In this document: positions 39,717 to 48,838 of the stretch, in pieces
How the letters are laid out: the number at the start of each line of letters is the position of its first letter
Numbering within the stretch: position 1 is the stretch's first letter
Virus record (IMG/VR): IMGVR_UViG_3300027896_000013
From: a virus
Direction: 5' to 3' (one strand)
DNA: 64,000 nucleotides
The notes under the pieces: generated by a model
Databases searched by the model: none
What the model saw: only the letters and a program-made list of their open reading frames with translations
What the model was told of the DNA's origin: nothing
Made by a program: the position numbers and the translations under genes

Positions 39717-40585
39717 ATGTGATGCTTTGTAAAGATATCTTTCATTATCTGTTTAACTTCGTCAGGCGTAGTATCAGGTACGCAACCTTGCCACGCTGGC
39801 AATACACCATGCTTTCGCTTAAATATTTCTGCACCTCGACGAATATTATCCTGCCAATCAGATCGCGGTCTGATAGAGCTCGACTTTTCTGAGCATTCAA
39901 TCTCATCAAGATAGTCTGTGCTGTTAGCTAAATCAGGCCAATTCCAATAAGGTGTACAGTAACCTGCTTTAGCTATCCTGTAATCGTGATCAACATGCTC
40001 AAAAGCGTTTGTATACTCTTCGTCTATTAAACCAACTTTGTCGAGAACCTCTCTGGTGTAGTAGCAAAAGGCACCTACACTGTTCTGATTAATACCTATC
40101 TGTACTCCATTACCATAGTCAACAATATATCGTGGCTTAGGAGCACCACCGGAAACATTACCTTTGTTAGCTGGCCCGTGATATGCAAAGCTAAGATGTT
40201 GTATACCAGTTTTATTTCTTGCATTTATGTAAGCATCAAATACATCTGGTCTCTTAATAACAATGTCATCTTCTATTAAAAAGATATGATCACAACCATC
40301 ATCCAGGAGCTGCTGAAACGCTATATTTTTAGATTTACCTACACCTAAATTCTGCTTATTAACCACAACTCTTAAACCACAAGCTGGTAATCGGACGAGA
40401 GGTTTGTCGGTATCTACATATGGTATATTATCTATTGCTGTACTCGTTATGTCTGAAGTTCCATCATTTACAACGACTAACTCATTAATTTTGCCGAAAG
40501 GTATAGATTTAAAACACTTTTCAAAGAAGGCTGGACGATTGCACGTTATGATACCGACGCCTATTTTTCCATTTATATCGTTCAT
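39713..40585 (-). CDS. GT2-like glycosyltransferase
   Basis: IITCNR, VVVNDG, NLGV..SKN, FLIEDD, VG.IDE.Y. Confidence 0.82.
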   Translation of the reverse strand: MNDINGKIGVGIITCNRPAFFEKCFKSIPFGKINELVVVNDGTSDITSTAIDNIPYVDTDKPLVRLPACGLRVVVNKQNLGVGKSKNIAFQQLLDDGCDHIFLIEDDIVIKRPDVFDAYINARNKTGIQHLSFAYHGPANKGNVSGGAPKPRYIVDYGNGVQIGINQNSVGAFCYYTREVLDKVGLIDEEYTNAFEHVDHDYRIAKAGYCTPYWNWPDLANSTDYLDEIECSEKSSSIRPRSDWQDNIRRGAEIFKRKHGVLPAWQGCVPDTTPDEVKQIMKDIFTKHHI

Positions 40586-40617
40586 TTGTATCTATGATAC
40601 TAACATAAATAATTAAA

Positions 40618-41304
40618 ATGGCAACTAACACAGTCAATATTATCAATCTATTGAACCTACCTCAGGCTCAATCGATTGTAGACGGTAATTTCTTTATTGT
40701 TCAGAACGAACTCGGTACTCAGATCATAGACTGGGCAGACGTACCTGTTGTTCGCGTCGATGACGCTGGTGGTAGCACAATAACATCTCTAACAGCAACA
40801 ACTATTGAAACATCTAGTGTAGTTACCACAACTCTATCAGCTCTATCAATTTTTTCAAACGGTAATACAGGTGTAACAGTCGGTGGAGAATATTACAATG
40901 CATTTACAGTTGATAACGGTATTGTAACTAGCGCTGTATATACCATTGGTAGTCCTGAATATGTAGACATTTTAACAACTCAGTTACCTACTCTATGTGC
41001 AGGGTTGTCAGATGTGTTTAAGAGGCTGTATATAGACTATACATCCGCAAATACGAGTCAATCTCAATTGGCTTCCAGTTTTGCAGTAAGCTTCACAAAT
41101 GTGACTCTCCCAACTGAGTTATCATCACCTGGTAATATAATACAACCATCAGATATTAACTGGAATTGTACACCTCCTATTACCAGTAGTCCGATGTTTA
41201 GTAACTTTCAGAATAACGCCGGTTTCTTATCAATGCAAGTTGACCTCAACTATACACCATCTGAGAGTATTGAATTCTACCTAAAGGTTACTAGAGCGTA
41301 TTAA
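40618..41304 (+). CDS. Late structural (fibre/baseplate-like) protein
   Basis: S/T-rich beta protein; N-terminal I..LP.A..I..G.F.IVQ; TAAATA 6 nt upstream. Confidence 0.5.
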   Translation: MATNTVNIINLLNLPQAQSIVDGNFFIVQNELGTQIIDWADVPVVRVDDAGGSTITSLTATTIETSSVVTTTLSALSIFSNGNTGVTVGGEYYNAFTVDNGIVTSAVYTIGSPEYVDILTTQLPTLCAGLSDVFKRLYIDYTSANTSQSQLASSFAVSFTNVTLPTELSSPGNIIQPSDINWNCTPPITSSPMFSNFQNNAGFLSMQVDLNYTPSESIEFYLKVTRAY

Positions 41305-42092
41305 CTCTTGTGACGGCCGCGTTTACTTGGCGGGTCTACATAACCTGGTGAGTTTTTAACTCTTATAATCGTAGACTTTAACTGCTCCGTCTCTTTCTCT
41401 TCCTTTAGAGCGGATGTCTGCTCTCTGAGAAGTTGTTCCATCTCATTAAGATTTTCTGTTGAGAAGAGATTTCCAGTAGTTGTATTGTCAATGCTGTCAC
41501 CATACGAATTAACGTAAAACTTTATTAGTTCAATTCGCTCTAGTGGATTACCAAACACTTCTATGATAGGTGGTGCATCATCTTTGTGAAAGAACGGAGA
41601 CTTACCTTTATTGTGGCCAAACTGAACAGCTTTAAAGATATTATCAATTTCAATTCTGTATTCATTGTCAACCTCTCTACCGTCTCGAGCCTCAACCTTT
41701 ACAGGTGCTACTTTGGTTATTGGTAGAAAGAAAATGATATCAATAGCTTTCATTGCATCTTTAACAAGTGGTATACACTCATCTATAAAAGCTTTATCTA
41801 TATCTGTAGCCTTCTTATCACATGACCACAGTGAATAGATAATATTGTCCAAAGGTGACCGATCAAAGATAATATAATCACTCTTTCTGGTACCTTGTAT
41901 ATCAAGTAACAAGCACTCGAGAATTTTACGCTGACTATCTTTAGTTGTTAACTTATTTGATGGTAGCTGATGCTCCTTCAATAAATTGCGATAAGATTCA
42001 CCAGACCTCTTATACATCGGCCAGTTCTTAATAAAGTCATCAATAAGTGTTGTCTTACCTATACATTGTGTACCTGATATAGCTATTCTCAT
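41301..42092 (-). CDS. Second P-loop nucleotide kinase (AAA_28/dNMP-kinase-like)
   Basis: SGTQCIGKTT, IFDRSPLD..IY; downstream of queE. Confidence 0.75.
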   Translation of the reverse strand: MRIAISGTQCIGKTTLIDDFIKNWPMYKRSGESYRNLLKEHQLPSNKLTTKDSQRKILECLLLDIQGTRKSDYIIFDRSPLDNIIYSLWSCDKKATDIDKAFIDECIPLVKDAMKAIDIIFFLPITKVAPVKVEARDGREVDNEYRIEIDNIFKAVQFGHNKGKSPFFHKDDAPPIIEVFGNPLERIELIKFYVNSYGDSIDNTTTGNLFSTENLNEMEQLLREQTSALKEEKETEQLKSTIIRVKNSPGYVDPPSKRGRHKS

Positions 42093-42096
42093 AAAA

Positions 42097-42858
42097 TTAA
42101 ACGGATAGAGCTTTGTTCCAGATCATCAATTGAAGTCTTGGACTGAATTTAACACAGTATTGTTTACAGATGTCTGCAACATATGCTGATTGTTTACTTT
42201 GCTCATCACGGGAACCGCAACATGGCATAAGCCATATAAGAGATTTTGGAAGCTTGACTACCGGAGAATTTACAAAGTTCCGGTCAATCTCCTTAACATC
42301 TTCTTCACTCTTAACTACAAACTTAAAACACGCATTAGCTTGCACTAATACTTTGAGAACTTCTGGTACGTATCGCTTATCTTCAGGGTCACCACCAAGA
42401 GCTAGCTTAGGTGATACTGTAAATGTTACAGAGAATAAGTTTACCCAATCTGAATGCGGCATAACGGTACCGTTAGTCTCAATATCTATCCGAGGTAGGA
42501 ATTCATACTTCTCTGCAAGACGTTTAATAAAGTTAATCAACGGTTCCTGTCTTAAAAGCGGTTCACCACCTGTAATTTTTAGAAGCGCACCGTTTTGAAG
42601 CTTTTCAATATATCCATTCTTCTCTAATAGAGCGAACGTCTCATCAAACGTCAATTTATTCTTCTGTGACCATGATACGAACGAATCACAACCATAAGGT
42701 GAATCTACAGACGCAAAACCTTTACACGTAAGGTTGCAGCCAAAGAGTCGAAGAAATACTGATGGAAAACCTGCAAAGCGTCCTTCACCTTCAACTGTAT
42801 AAAATATTTCTGGTTCAGAGTTAACACCAGCAAAGAGTAGATAATTATCGTCTGTCAT
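42097..42858 (-). CDS. queE: 7-carboxy-7-deazaguanine synthase (radical SAM)
   Basis: EIFYTVEGEG, FLRLFGCNLTC-x11-CDS, ITGGEP, IETNG, VSPKL, PRLQ. Confidence 0.9.
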   Translation of the reverse strand: MTDDNYLLFAGVNSEPEIFYTVEGEGRFAGFPSVFLRLFGCNLTCKGFASVDSPYGCDSFVSWSQKNKLTFDETFALLEKNGYIEKLQNGALLKITGGEPLLRQEPLINFIKRLAEKYEFLPRIDIETNGTVMPHSDWVNLFSVTFTVSPKLALGGDPEDKRYVPEVLKVLVQANACFKFVVKSEEDVKEIDRNFVNSPVVKLPKSLIWLMPCCGSRDEQSKQSAYVADICKQYCVKFSPRLQLMIWNKALSV

Positions 42859-42864
42859 ATTGAA

Positions 42865-42892
42865 ATAATATATTACTATAGATGTAAATCAA
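42865..42892 (-). promoter_or_regulatory. Sigma70-like promoter TTGATT-N16-TATTAT
   Basis: 6 nt before queE ATG. Confidence 0.75.
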
Positions 42893-42893
42893 G

Positions 42894-43097
42894 CTATGCT
42901 TTTGGATCTATACCTAATGATCTAAGCTCTGCCATAGCTTCTTCTGGTGTTAGTACCTTTTGATCACATGGTAACATCTTTGATGTTTTCTGTCTAGGTG
43001 TTGGGTCATTATTTGCACCAGTAGCTCTTTGAAGTTGTTCAAAAACACTTTCAAGCTTTTGATGTTCAGGTGATAATTGTCTTTCAATGTGAATCAT
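42894..43097 (-). CDS. Small hypothetical protein
   Basis: 67-aa ORF overlapping the upstream gene. Confidence 0.55.
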   Translation of the reverse strand: MIHIERQLSPEHQKLESVFEQLQRATGANNDPTPRQKTSKMLPCDQKVLTPEEAMAELRSLGIDPKA

Positions 43098-43284
43098 TTT
43101 TATAAAGCTTAATGTAACTTCTAGTTGCTAGATATATTGAAGCAGGCCAAGCTAATGTAGTAAGTGTAGCTACATAACGTGTTTGAGCTTCGCTACCATA
43201 TCTCATATACAAGGATGGTATGATAAAGAAACCTGACCATATCAAACCTAGAATGAAATAGCTGATTAAACAAATCTCAAACAT
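43084..43284 (-). CDS. Small membrane protein
   Basis: 66 aa, two hydrophobic segments, AWP motif. Confidence 0.6.
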   Translation of the reverse strand: MFEICLISYFILGLIWSGFFIIPSLYMRYGSEAQTRYVATLTTLAWPASIYLATRSYIKLYKNDSH

Positions 43285-43287
43285 ATG

Positions 43288-43629
43288 TTACTTCTTGTTA
43301 ACACCCCAAGAGGTACCTTGGAATGGATCCGACCAACCTTGAGACTTCTTGCCAGGTCCAACTGTAGCAGCTTGTGTTTCATCTCTACCTGTAGATACCT
43401 TACAACCAACTTCAGCTGGTCTTACACCAGTAGGTGTCTGTTCTTCAGGTTGCTTAACTTCATTTAACAATACCATTTGTTTATCTTCACCAGTAGACTC
43501 TCCAATGGTCCACTTCTGTACATCATTGATAATTTCATCAACACATTGTTTAAGACTACCTGCAATGATTGCTGATAGTAATTTAGCTGCACATTGTTCA
43601 ACCATCTGTTCTCGTGATATTGTACTCAT
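43288..43629 (-). CDS. Hypothetical early protein
   Basis: 113 aa; TTGATT-N16-TAAAAT (43636-43663) 6 nt upstream. Confidence 0.65.
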   Translation of the reverse strand: MSTISREQMVEQCAAKLLSAIIAGSLKQCVDEIINDVQKWTIGESTGEDKQMVLLNEVKQPEEQTPTGVRPAEVGCKVSTGRDETQAATVGPGKKSQGWSDPFQGTSWGVNKK

Positions 43630-43664
43630 GTTATTATTTTATCCGTTTACTTTGTTAAATCAAT

Positions 43665-43785
43665 TTATTTCACTCGAAACCTCGGATCCAACCGACAGAA
43701 AGTAGAAAATTATTAATTAAAACAGTAAAGTGTATTAGAAAACAGTAAGATGTCCAAGCCCGTGACAGGTATTCCGTCCGCCTAC
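43665..43785 (-). other. Promoter-driven non-coding segment (candidate ncRNA or replication origin)
   Basis: Downstream of stacked promoters at 43787-43819; no start codon at the expected +1; GC-rich hairpin ends around an AT-rich core. Confidence 0.4.
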
Positions 43786-43786
43786 G

Positions 43787-43819
43787 TATTTACTTTAATC
43801 AGCAGTGGAGATAAATCAA
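43787..43819 (-). promoter_or_regulatory. Stacked promoters TTGATT-N16-TAAAGT and late TAAATA
   Basis: -35 at 43814-43819, -10 at 43792-43797, TAAATA at 43787-43792. Confidence 0.6.
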
Positions 43820-43839
43820 CTGATACGTAAACATTGAAG

Positions 43840-44730
43840 TTATTTGAAGTTCGCATCTACGTAATACACATCGATCTGTTTACCTTGGTAAGGTACCTTA
43901 CCTTGGCTCTTGATAGCACCCTCAACATCTTGACCTGATGCAAGGTCTTTACCTTTAATTTGTGTACCTGCTGCTTGACCAGCTCTAACTGTGTTACCGT
44001 CTATTACTATGATTGCAGAATATGTTTTGTTTTTACCAACCATGAAGCTTTGTTTCTGTGTATCGTAAACAATGGTATAGTTTGGATTGGACTCTGCTTC
44101 ATTCTTTACAAATGAACCAATAGCTACGTTACCTAGTTGCACTGCATTCGCAGCTGTAGCCATATCAGATACCATGCACTTAGAAATTGAAAAATATGCA
44201 CGCTGGTTTTTATCCAACTCTATTACATATTGACGTTTCAGCATGTTAGCTGTGCTGTTACCGGAGGCAGCCTCTACATTTAACACCGTTTTCTGTCCGA
44301 TATCTGATGCAGATGTTACAGCACCACTCCACACTACATTCTTTTGATCAGTAATAATAAACTTGCTACCTGTTTTAGGCCATCCAGCTGGAAAGTCCAT
44401 CTTGTTATAGAAATCTTTAAGCTGCTGATCTCTAGCTTGAGCATAAGCTGCTTTCACCTTATTATACCCAGCAACGAGAAATTGACTAATACCACCTGCG
44501 CGAGCAGCAGCCATCTTTTGCGCTGCAGCGTTAGGATCTAACAAAGCTGTTTTTAAGCCACCCAATACTGGCTTTGCTATGCCTGTGATAGCTGCTCCAG
44601 CTTTGCTACCTGCTGTGGTAGGTGCTACAGGAGCAGCTGGTGCTGCAGGAGCAGTAAACTTACCGGGTTGAGGTGCACCATATACCTCCATTAAACCAAC
44701 CAACTCGTCAAATTTATTGACAATCTTCAT
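43840..44730 (-). CDS. Putative internal head protein
   Basis: N-terminal KFDELVGLME (capsid-targeting-like), Ala/Pro linker. Confidence 0.5.
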   Translation of the reverse strand: MKIVNKFDELVGLMEVYGAPQPGKFTAPAAPAAPVAPTTAGSKAGAAITGIAKPVLGGLKTALLDPNAAAQKMAAARAGGISQFLVAGYNKVKAAYAQARDQQLKDFYNKMDFPAGWPKTGSKFIITDQKNVVWSGAVTSASDIGQKTVLNVEAASGNSTANMLKRQYVIELDKNQRAYFSISKCMVSDMATAANAVQLGNVAIGSFVKNEAESNPNYTIVYDTQKQSFMVGKNKTYSAIIVIDGNTVRAGQAAGTQIKGKDLASGQDVEGAIKSQGKVPYQGKQIDVYYVDANFK

Positions 44731-45124
44731 ATCGTTTTAAAAATTCTCTATACAAGTTTGATATCTCTTTATTTGTAAATCCATCTTTTGATAAACGCTC
44801 TTCCAACTCTTCAAATGTCTTTGAATTAAAGGGTGCAACTGGAGAGTCACTATCAGGTGATACACCTAACAAATCCTCAACGTAACATTTAAACAAATCA
44901 AACATCGTAGGCTTAGCGAGAGCTGCTTGCGGAATATCTACAACTGGTGAACCAGGTTGAATCATCATCAATTTAATACTAGCCTCATTCTCTTCTAGAA
45001 CATATCCCTCATATCCATCAACAGCTTTATAATTCTCTGCAGAAGCATGTAAAGGGTCAACCTTAACCCTTATTCTTTTGAGGTTCTTGCCATAGATACC
45101 ACGGATTGCCGAATCAAACTTCAT
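44714..45124 (-). CDS. Hypothetical late protein
   Basis: MKFD.. N-terminus, YEGYVLEE; TAAATA 8 nt upstream. Confidence 0.55.
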   Translation of the reverse strand: MKFDSAIRGIYGKNLKRIRVKVDPLHASAENYKAVDGYEGYVLEENEASIKLMMIQPGSPVVDIPQAALAKPTMFDLFKCYVEDLLGVSPDSDSPVAPFNSKTFEELEERLSKDGFTNKEISNLYREFLKRYEDCQ

Positions 45125-45140
45125 TGTAACATTATTTATG

Positions 45141-45168
45141 TTGAAAATCTAAAAATCACATATACAAT
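45141..45168 (+). promoter_or_regulatory. Sigma70-like promoter TTGAAA-N16-TACAAT
   Basis: 6 nt before folE ATG. Confidence 0.75.
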
Positions 45169-45174
45169 AACTAC

Positions 45175-45834
45175 ATGGAACAATCAAAAAGTATTATAAA
45201 ACTACCATTTGCTAACGGAACACACCCTCGTTCTGTAGAAGAAAAGAATAAAATCATACAAAACGCTGCAGAAGCGTATGCAAAATATCTAGATGCACTA
45301 GGTTTTGATTGGAGAAATGACCCAAATTCATCTAATACACCTACTCGAGTTGCCAAAGCATTTGTTAATGACCTCGCGGCTGGTTGCTACGCCGAACCAC
45401 CAAAAATTACAGCATTTGATAATGTTGACAAGTATGATGGTATCGTATGTCAGAATAATATCAAAGTAGTATCGCTTTGCTCTCATCACCACTTAGCCTT
45501 CACAGGTGTTGCGCATGTTGCGTATATTCCTTCTAAGCACGGTAAAGTTATCGGACTCTCTAAGTTGAATCGAATTGTAGAGTATTTTGCTCGTCGACCA
45601 CAGGTTCAAGAGAATCTTACAATGCAGATCTCGAAATATATTGATGAGGTCTGTGAAGGAAACAATGGTACAGCTGTTGTTATCGAAGCAGATCACACAT
45701 GCTGCTCACATCGTGGTATTGGTCATAACTCTACAATGAGAACAGCTAGAATGACTGGAGCGTTTCTTGATAATAAGGATCAATCACGTTCGGAATTCTA
45801 CAAGTTTGTAGAGTTTGCTAAGACTAACAAGTAA
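45175..45834 (+). CDS. folE: GTP cyclohydrolase I
   Basis: TPTRVAK, SLCSHH, VIGLSKLNRIV, RPQVQE.LT, H.C...RG. Confidence 0.93.
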   Translation: MEQSKSIIKLPFANGTHPRSVEEKNKIIQNAAEAYAKYLDALGFDWRNDPNSSNTPTRVAKAFVNDLAAGCYAEPPKITAFDNVDKYDGIVCQNNIKVVSLCSHHHLAFTGVAHVAYIPSKHGKVIGLSKLNRIVEYFARRPQVQENLTMQISKYIDEVCEGNNGTAVVIEADHTCCSHRGIGHNSTMRTARMTGAFLDNKDQSRSEFYKFVEFAKTNK

Positions 45835-45836
45835 TA

Positions 45837-46250
45837 TTAAACGACTTTCGACTTGTTAGTATCAACTACTGCGTCGATTTTCTTTAAGAATGGCTCTCCA
45901 ATCAGGACTTTCTCCTGATTGGAGCTTCTATCTGATAAGCTGAAGGGTACATTCTCGAAAAAGTGTGGTCCGATACGCATATTCAAGTGTACAACGTATC
46001 TATCATGTATCTTTTCACCAGCTAATATCTCAATTGTATCAACTATCTTCATAACAAGTGTTTTATCGTTCACTGTAAGGAACCTAACCTTGTTATCCTT
46101 AATAGGTGTTATATTATCTGCGTGAATAACGTTATAACCAGTGTTACCAGTATCTATCCGAGCAGATAATCGACCAATTCCGTCAATTTCTACCTCCTCG
46201 ACAGTACCTAACACCTGCTGGGATTCAAAAAAATCTTTAAAACGCTTCAC
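45837..46250 (-). CDS. Retropepsin-like (RimK-associated 'ATP-dependent Zn protease' family) peptidase with capsid-targeting-like N-terminus
   Basis: ARIDTG, R.VV.L, FSL.DRS...VLIG; starts MKRFKDFFES; TAAATA 5 nt upstream. Confidence 0.75.
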   Translation of the reverse strand: MKRFKDFFESQQVLGTVEEVEIDGIGRLSARIDTGNTGYNVIHADNITPIKDNKVRFLTVNDKTLVMKIVDTIEILAGEKIHDRYVVHLNMRIGPHFFENVPFSLSDRSSNQEKVLIGEPFLKKIDAVVDTNKSKVV

Positions 46251-46290
46251 TATAGTATTTATCTCGACTAACTCATATAAATAACTGTAT

Positions 46291-46869
46291 ATGGTTATTA
46301 ACGAGAATCACGACATCATGAAGATCTACAAAGAGAATCTTCAGACACCATCACAGGTACTAGGTATTGGACATGAAAATCTGTCAAAACTTCAAGTACC
46401 TACACGCTGCTGTAAGAAATGTGGTAATTGCCCTGAAGAGTCAGAGGAAGATATGGGTGAAGAGGATGGTGAGACACCTTTAAACTCGTCAACTGAAGAG
46501 ATGTATCACGATAAGGTATCAGTTGATATAGACGGTTTGGGTAGAGCTTTCGATATCGTAGATGTAAATGACACTGTTATACCTTACAAGATTAACATCG
46601 ACTTCAGATCTTGGGGTATTAATGGCATAGATGTTAGACCTACAGGTGAAATTTCAGTTAATGCGTTCTGTACAAAGTATGACAACGGTGAAGGTAAAGA
46701 TATAGAAGTAGAACGCAACTTTAAGGTTAATCTTGATAAACTAAAAGTGGAATATCATGATGGTAGAGTTATTAAACCATGTGAGCTTCACCTTTATATT
46801 GGACCTGATCACGAAGTTCTTTATGAAAGATCTTATATTGAGTTCTATATGATCTCAACAGACTTTTAA
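46291..46869 (+). CDS. Hypothetical late protein
   Basis: TATAAATA 7 nt upstream; IYKE N-terminus, acidic linker. Confidence 0.55.
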   Translation: MVINENHDIMKIYKENLQTPSQVLGIGHENLSKLQVPTRCCKKCGNCPEESEEDMGEEDGETPLNSSTEEMYHDKVSVDIDGLGRAFDIVDVNDTVIPYKINIDFRSWGINGIDVRPTGEISVNAFCTKYDNGEGKDIEVERNFKVNLDKLKVEYHDGRVIKPCELHLYIGPDHEVLYERSYIEFYMISTDF

Positions 46870-47060
46870 ACGGACGGGTAACCAGGAAACTTACCTTCAA
46901 AATCACCTGTTACCATTGAATTACTTGGTAATGATGATGGTGTATTAACGTAATTACACTTTCCAGTATAATTCTCTGGGTTCATATTAGATGGAGCATT
47001 ACTCCTTACCCGCTTTAAGCGTTTTTTCTTCTTGCTTATAAACTCCTTAAAGGATTTCAT
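46866..47060 (-). CDS. Small putative internal head protein
   Basis: MKSFKEFI N-terminus. Confidence 0.5.
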   Translation of the reverse strand: MKSFKEFISKKKKRLKRVRSNAPSNMNPENYTGKCNYVNTPSSLPSNSMVTGDFEGKFPGYPSV

Positions 47061-47063
47061 AAC

Positions 47064-47480
47064 TTAAACAGATTTGAGGAGACCTTCAACTGTTTTATCT
47101 TTAGAACCATACTTGCTAATAATAGGCAGAAGCTTGTTAAACGCATCATCTGCGTTAGTTTCATTTATCTCATTAGTGTCAGCACCATCAGCACCTTTAA
47201 ATTTCAGGTCATTAACAGCAGCAATATCAGTTTCATCAGGTGAAGCAGTGAAAGCTGTCTTTAAAAGCTTTACCAACATCACATAATTCTCAGATGAGAG
47301 CTGTTTTACTTCCGGTTGTTGGTTTTCGATCGTTTCAGGAGCAGGTTCAGCAGCGTTAGCATCTGCAGCTGGTGCTGCTTCTGCGCCTGGTGCTGGTATA
47401 GCTGATTCGGTTGAGCCTAAAGTAGCATCCTCTTCGGTGAGAATACCATAACGTTGACAGATTGAATTAAAACGCTTCAC
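47064..47480 (-). CDS. Putative internal head protein
   Basis: MKRFNSI..ILTEE N-terminus, Ala/Pro/Glu linker, TAAATA 5 nt upstream. Confidence 0.55.
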   Translation of the reverse strand: MKRFNSICQRYGILTEEDATLGSTESAIPAPGAEAAPAADANAAEPAPETIENQQPEVKQLSSENYVMLVKLLKTAFTASPDETDIAAVNDLKFKGADGADTNEINETNADDAFNKLLPIISKYGSKDKTVEGLLKSV

Positions 47481-47491
47481 AATAGTATTTA

Positions 47492-48073
47492 TTAGATCGA
47501 CATAATAAGCTTTGATTTAAGGCTTTGAAAATATTCCTTGTTAAGATACTTTAAACCTTCCTTTTCGGTATACTTTCGCACCTTTTCAAATGTAAAATCA
47601 CTGTAATCTTTATCAGCAATAGCAGATAACTCCCTCTTTACTTCCTTTATTACGCCTGTTGCTATGAGCGGATTGACAAAATCTGTGTATTGATACTTCG
47701 CGAAGTAAACAAGTATAGGTAGCTTCTTATCTATGTCGTTTAATGTATGCCAGATAGCTCGGACAACGTACGGGTGCACCGAAGGACACGCTATCTCTAC
47801 TACATTTTCAAGCTCATCCTTGTTAGTATATACAGTTGTTTTAAGATTACCGTGTGAATTAGCCTTTCGCACCTCCTCACACACGCCTAGTATGACATTA
47901 TGTTTGATTAAACGCTTTGCGATCGGTGTAGGCTCCTGCCACCACTTAATATCTAGATTGTTTAGTTGTACACCTAGTGTAGGTGCAATCTTAACCTTAT
48001 ACAAGGTAGAGAAGTCAACTACACAAAGGCCCACATCCGGTAGTAGTCGGAACCGTGGTTTCAAGCTGTTCAT
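47492..48073 (-). CDS. Hypothetical protein
   Basis: 193-aa ORF; CVVDFS..LIKH..I weakly recalls the T4 RNase H N-terminus. Confidence 0.5.
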   Translation of the reverse strand: MNSLKPRFRLLPDVGLCVVDFSTLYKVKIAPTLGVQLNNLDIKWWQEPTPIAKRLIKHNVILGVCEEVRKANSHGNLKTTVYTNKDELENVVEIACPSVHPYVVRAIWHTLNDIDKKLPILVYFAKYQYTDFVNPLIATGVIKEVKRELSAIADKDYSDFTFEKVRKYTEKEGLKYLNKEYFQSLKSKLIMSI

Positions 48074-48584
48074 TGCATGATTGTAGTATTTCTGCGCGTT
48101 TATTCAAGAGAAAATCTTTGTTAGCTTCAAAAAAACCATCTATGGTGCAGATAGTGTATCGTTTGTATTGAATATAGTTACCAGGTGTACGGATCTGAAG
48201 AGAATTGTGATACTTACTATCAAATACAACGAAAGGTGTTACGTGATTTAGTTTAACGGCTAGAAACCACAGCTTATTACAAGCAGAAGCTTGTTCTATC
48301 CAACCATCCAATTGTTTATTTGTATCAAGAAGACTGACAAAGGAGAAATCTTTATAGAACTTACATTCAAATGCCAAGTGGCTTAGCTCATCTGGTGCAA
48401 TCAAATCACCCGTTGATAGTAAAGCTTGACTTTTAGTTAGCTTATTCAACCTAAAAGAGTTGAAGCCACCTACAAAGGCTCCGCTGGAAGGCACTCTCTC
48501 GAAGTTTAAACCAAAGATTGCTGTAAGCTTCTTTGCGAGCTCTCGCTCAAATGATTTACCTTTGTTCTTAGCTGCGTTACTCAT
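48015..48584 (-). CDS. Holliday-junction-resolvase-like PD-(D/E)XK nuclease
   Basis: KGKSFERE, RVPSSGA, GDL, ECKFY, W..QA. Confidence 0.78.
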   Translation of the reverse strand: MSNAAKNKGKSFERELAKKLTAIFGLNFERVPSSGAFVGGFNSFRLNKLTKSQALLSTGDLIAPDELSHLAFECKFYKDFSFVSLLDTNKQLDGWIEQASACNKLWFLAVKLNHVTPFVVFDSKYHNSLQIRTPGNYIQYKRYTICTIDGFFEANKDFLLNKRAEILQSCNEQLETTVPTTTGCGPLCS

Positions 48585-48805
48585 GCTGCAGATAACTTAC
48601 ACCGTTGCATCAAGATGGCAACCTTCTTACTCTTCTTACCTTTTTTCTTCTTTTGGCCGAGAAAGCTTGGCATTCTAGCATCACCTGGTGCGTATATTTT
48701 GTCGCTGCTAAATACTGAGTGAGAAACATCAGGTGAACCAAACGCAGTTGAGGCTACATTTGACATCTCCATTAACTTATTGTATGTTGAGTTGAAGCGC
48801 TTCAT
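48581..48805 (-). CDS. Small basic putative head protein
   Basis: MKRFNSTYNKLME N-terminus; YAPGDAR motif also present in gp23. Confidence 0.55.
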   Translation of the reverse strand: MKRFNSTYNKLMEMSNVASTAFGSPDVSHSVFSSDKIYAPGDARMPSFLGQKKKKGKKSKKVAILMQRCKLSAA

Positions 48806-48832
48806 TGATTTCCGTACTTTGTGTTATATAAT
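48805..48832 (+). promoter_or_regulatory. Sigma70-like promoter TTGATT-N16-TATAAT
   Basis: 6 nt before ATG 48839. Confidence 0.8.
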
Positions 48833-48838
48833 TTACTT

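Noticed and set aside
43630-43839. tRNA or tmRNA in the long intergenic gap
   Set aside because: No cloverleaf, T-loop consensus in context or CCA end recognisable
47492-48073. T4 RNase H call
   Set aside because: Only a weak N-terminal resemblance; conserved acidic catalytic motifs (EADD, D.D) not seen
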